Of a DNA stretch of 64,000 bases, positions 61,765 to 64,000 are shown one piece after another. Each line of letters opens with the position of its first letter. Position 1 is the first letter of the stretch. The notes under the pieces were generated by a model. The model was not told the origin of the DNA, made no database searches, and was given only the letters and a program-made list of their open reading frames with translations. A program made the position numbers and the translations under genes. Origin of the DNA: Candidatus Nomurabacteria bacterium (lineage in GTDB: Bacteria > Patescibacteriota > Saccharimonadia > Saccharimonadales > CAIOMD01); the NCBI GenBank assembly GCA_020631975.1, contig JACKGO010000008.1, positions 8,446-72,445 on the forward strand. The letters run 5' to 3'.

Positions 61765-62823
61765 ATGATAATTCTTGGTATAGAAAGTAGCTGTGATGAA
61801 ACTGGTGTTGCTATTGTTCGCGATGGCACCGAACTGCTTGCGCAAAGTTTGGCGAGTTCGGTAGATATTCATGCCAAGTATGGCGGAGTTATTCCTGAAA
61901 TTGCTGCTCGTAGCCACATAGAAGCTATTTTGCCTACTATAGATAATGCCATAGAGCAATTTTCACGTGAAAATAACCTATCCAGTCCCGCAAAGGCTTG
62001 GCAAGCAATAGATGGTATTGCGGTTACCTATGGCGCAGGCCTCTCTGGTAGCTTACTCATTGGTGTTTTAACTGCCCGTACACTTGCCATAACAAAAAAC
62101 AAACCGTTATATGCGATTAATCATGTTGAAGGCCATGTATATGCAAACTTTTTAGTAACACCACAGCCACAGTTCCCTGTGTTGTCTTTAATAGTAAGTG
62201 GTGGGCATAGCCAACTCGTATTATTTAACGATCATTTTACTTACACCCTGCTTGGGCAAACGCAAGACGATGCTATTGGTGAAGCATTTGATAAGGTTGC
62301 TAAAATACTTGGGCTTCCCTACCCTGGTGGGCCAAATATTGCACAATATGCAAAAGATGGTGACCCATTTGCTTATGCCCTACCCAAGGCTAAGATACGG
62401 GGTGCCTACAACTTTAGCTTCTCTGGGCTTAAGACAGCCGTTCTAAGGGCATCACAGGCTGCTGCAGGTGGAGATTACCGCACTCCATCCGTAGAGCTGC
62501 CAGAGCGGCTCTCTGAAGCTCAAAAACATAATATGGCAGCAAGTTTTCAAAGGGTAGCCATAGAAACAGTGGTCGATAAGACGCTTGCTGCGTATACAGA
62601 GTACGCCCCCAAAACAGTCGTTATTGCTGGGGGCGTCGCTGCGAATCAAGAACTACGCACACAGCTACAAAGTCGATTACCAATAGATATTACGTATGCG
62701 CCCCCTGCCCTTTGTACCGATAATGGCGCAATGATTGCCGCGCTTGGCTGCTATAAAGCAATGCTAGGGCAAACACCAGCCGACCCATATAGCCTTGCCA
62801 TAGAACCAAATTTATCTATGTAA
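61765..62823 (+). CDS. tsaD: tRNA N6-adenosine threonylcarbamoyltransferase
   Basis: ILGIESSCDETGVAIV, the metal site HVEGH (NHVEGHVYA) and GGVAANQELR match the Kae1/TsaD family. Confidence 0.9.
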   Translation: MIILGIESSCDETGVAIVRDGTELLAQSLASSVDIHAKYGGVIPEIAARSHIEAILPTIDNAIEQFSRENNLSSPAKAWQAIDGIAVTYGAGLSGSLLIGVLTARTLAITKNKPLYAINHVEGHVYANFLVTPQPQFPVLSLIVSGGHSQLVLFNDHFTYTLLGQTQDDAIGEAFDKVAKILGLPYPGGPNIAQYAKDGDPFAYALPKAKIRGAYNFSFSGLKTAVLRASQAAAGGDYRTPSVELPERLSEAQKHNMAASFQRVAIETVVDKTLAAYTEYAPKTVVIAGGVAANQELRTQLQSRLPIDITYAPPALCTDNGAMIAALGCYKAMLGQTPADPYSLAIEPNLSM

Positions 62824-62953
62824 TGTTAGTACGAATATACGTCTTGCTTGCCCGTGTTCTTTGATTTACCCCTATTATTAAGCTACAATACTAGTTGATT
62901 ATTTCTGTTAATTACATAGGTCATTTCACGTGAAAACCTTAAAAAGGAGCTAG

Positions 62954-64000
62954 ATGAACTTGTCTAAAGCATACGAACCAAGCCAGTATGAATCTACCAT
63001 ATACGAATTATGGGAATCGAGTGGTGCCTTTAAGCCAGAAGGCAAGGGGAAACCATATTCTATTGTGCTGCCCCCACCTAACGCCAATGCTGGCTTGCAT
63101 GTAGGCCACACCTTAATGTTTGCTATTCAAGATACCCTTATAAGGTATCACCGCATGAAAGGGGATCGCGTACTATGGGCACCAGGTGCTGACCACGCTG
63201 GTTTTGAAACTCAAGTGGTGTATGAAAAGCATTTAGCGAAAGAGGGTAAAAGCCGTTTTGACTTTACGCGCGATGAACTATTTAACCAAATATATGATTT
63301 TGTTGGGCAAAACAAAGATGTTTTTGAAACGATATTTCGTACACTCGGGGCGAGCGTAGATTGGAGCCGTTACACCTTTACACTAGATGACAGCGTCGTC
63401 AAAACTGTGTATGCCACGTTTAAAAAAATGTGGGATGATGGGCTAATTTACAGGGGTGAACGTTTAGTAAATTACTGCACACACCACCGTACTGGCTTTG
63501 CTGATATAGAAGTTGAATATCAAGAAAAAGAAAGCCCACTATATTACCTTAAATATGGGCCATTTGAACTCGCTACAACTCGCCCAGAAACAAAGTTTGG
63601 CGATACTGCTGTAGCTGTACATCCAGAAGACGAACGGTATAAAGACCTTGTTGGCAAAGTAATATCTGTAGAAGGCGTGAATGGACCATTTGAAATACGC
63701 GTGGTTGCAGATGCAATGGTGGATCGTACTTTTGGTACTGGGGTCGTTAAGATTACACCAGCACACGACTTTAACGACTGGGAAGTTGCCCAGCGACATA
63801 ACCTAGAAGCGATACGCGTAATTAACCATGATGGCACCATGAACCACCGAGCTGGCAGATTTGAAGGCTTAACCGTCGCCGAAGCTCGCAAAGCGGTCGT
63901 TGATGCACTCAAAGAAAAAGACTTGCTTGTAAAGGTAGATACGCACTATAAAAACCGAGTTGGTACCTGTTACAAGTGTGGCAGTGTTATAGAACCAATG
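62954..64000 (+). CDS. valS: valine--tRNA ligase (5' part; runs off the window)
   Basis: The ATG is preceded by AAGGAG. PPPNANAGLHVGH (HIGH region), TTRPETKFGDTAVAVHPED and GTGVVKITPAHDFND are ValRS hallmarks. The frame is open to the end of the window. Confidence 0.9.
   Translation, partial: MNLSKAYEPSQYESTIYELWESSGAFKPEGKGKPYSIVLPPPNANAGLHVGHTLMFAIQDTLIRYHRMKGDRVLWAPGADHAGFETQVVYEKHLAKEGKSRFDFTRDELFNQIYDFVGQNKDVFETIFRTLGASVDWSRYTFTLDDSVVKTVYATFKKMWDDGLIYRGERLVNYCTHHRTGFADIEVEYQEKESPLYYLKYGPFELATTRPETKFGDTAVAVHPEDERYKDLVGKVISVEGVNGPFEIRVVADAMVDRTFGTGVVKITPAHDFNDWEVAQRHNLEAIRVINHDGTMNHRAGRFEGLTVAEARKAVVDALKEKDLLVKVDTHYKNRVGTCYKCGSVIEPM

Noticed and set aside
1-64000. CRISPR arrays, rRNA genes, insertion sequences, integrases, prophage structural genes and reverse transcriptases.
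   Set aside because: No regularly spaced direct repeats, no rRNA-like conserved blocks, and no ORF with transposase, integrase, RT or capsid-like motifs were seen on either strand.

Overview
All calls below come from reading the sequence and the ORF translations by eye; no searches were run. This is a dense, mostly minus-strand 64-kb window from a small-genome bacterium of moderate to low G+C. The gene content suggests a Gram-positive-type envelope: a sortase-type sorting signal, a Mur ligase and an OmpA-like protein. The gene mix (archaeal-type PGI/PMI, many orphan ORFs, gene decay) is reminiscent of Patescibacteria/Saccharibacteria, but that is inference only.

Housekeeping blocks:
- rpsO-truB, rpsT, holA, mutM, dut, polA
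- rpoD-dnaG, orn, argS
- tRNA-Ser, a MacB-type ABC pair, PGI/PMI
- groES-groEL with a CIRCE operator
- a Mur ligase, tsaD, valS
- a crtE-crtI-crtB-lycopene cyclase operon

These blocks flank an accessory region at about 27.5-47 kb, plus smaller patches at 14.7-18.7 kb and 57.5-60.3 kb. The accessory parts are full of orphan ORFs, paralogs, repeats and visibly G+C-richer islets.

Most interesting observations:
1. Two copies of a complete type III hammerhead ribozyme core lie on the minus strand immediately upstream of two ORFs of one orphan operon. Stem I shows a compensatory change between copies, and each core is preceded by a conserved three-hairpin module. One of the two ORFs is a Pol-beta-type nucleotidyltransferase.
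2. A roughly 490-nt G+C-rich chain of short perfect hairpins and a roughly 210-bp repeat lie in the same operon.
3. Two large paralogous orphan proteins (776 and 832 aa) are linked to a 2H (HxT/HxT) phosphoesterase. The link is once as a neighbouring gene and once as a C-terminal fusion, next to TrmB-like regulators and a deletion scar.
4. Two paralogous cassettes encode small membrane proteins. Their promoter, leader and terminator are better conserved than the coding sequence.
5. A shared consensus promoter plus A/C-rich leader module drives many of the orphan genes, and several genes appear leaderless.

No rRNA, CRISPR array, transposase, integrase or reverse transcriptase was recognised.
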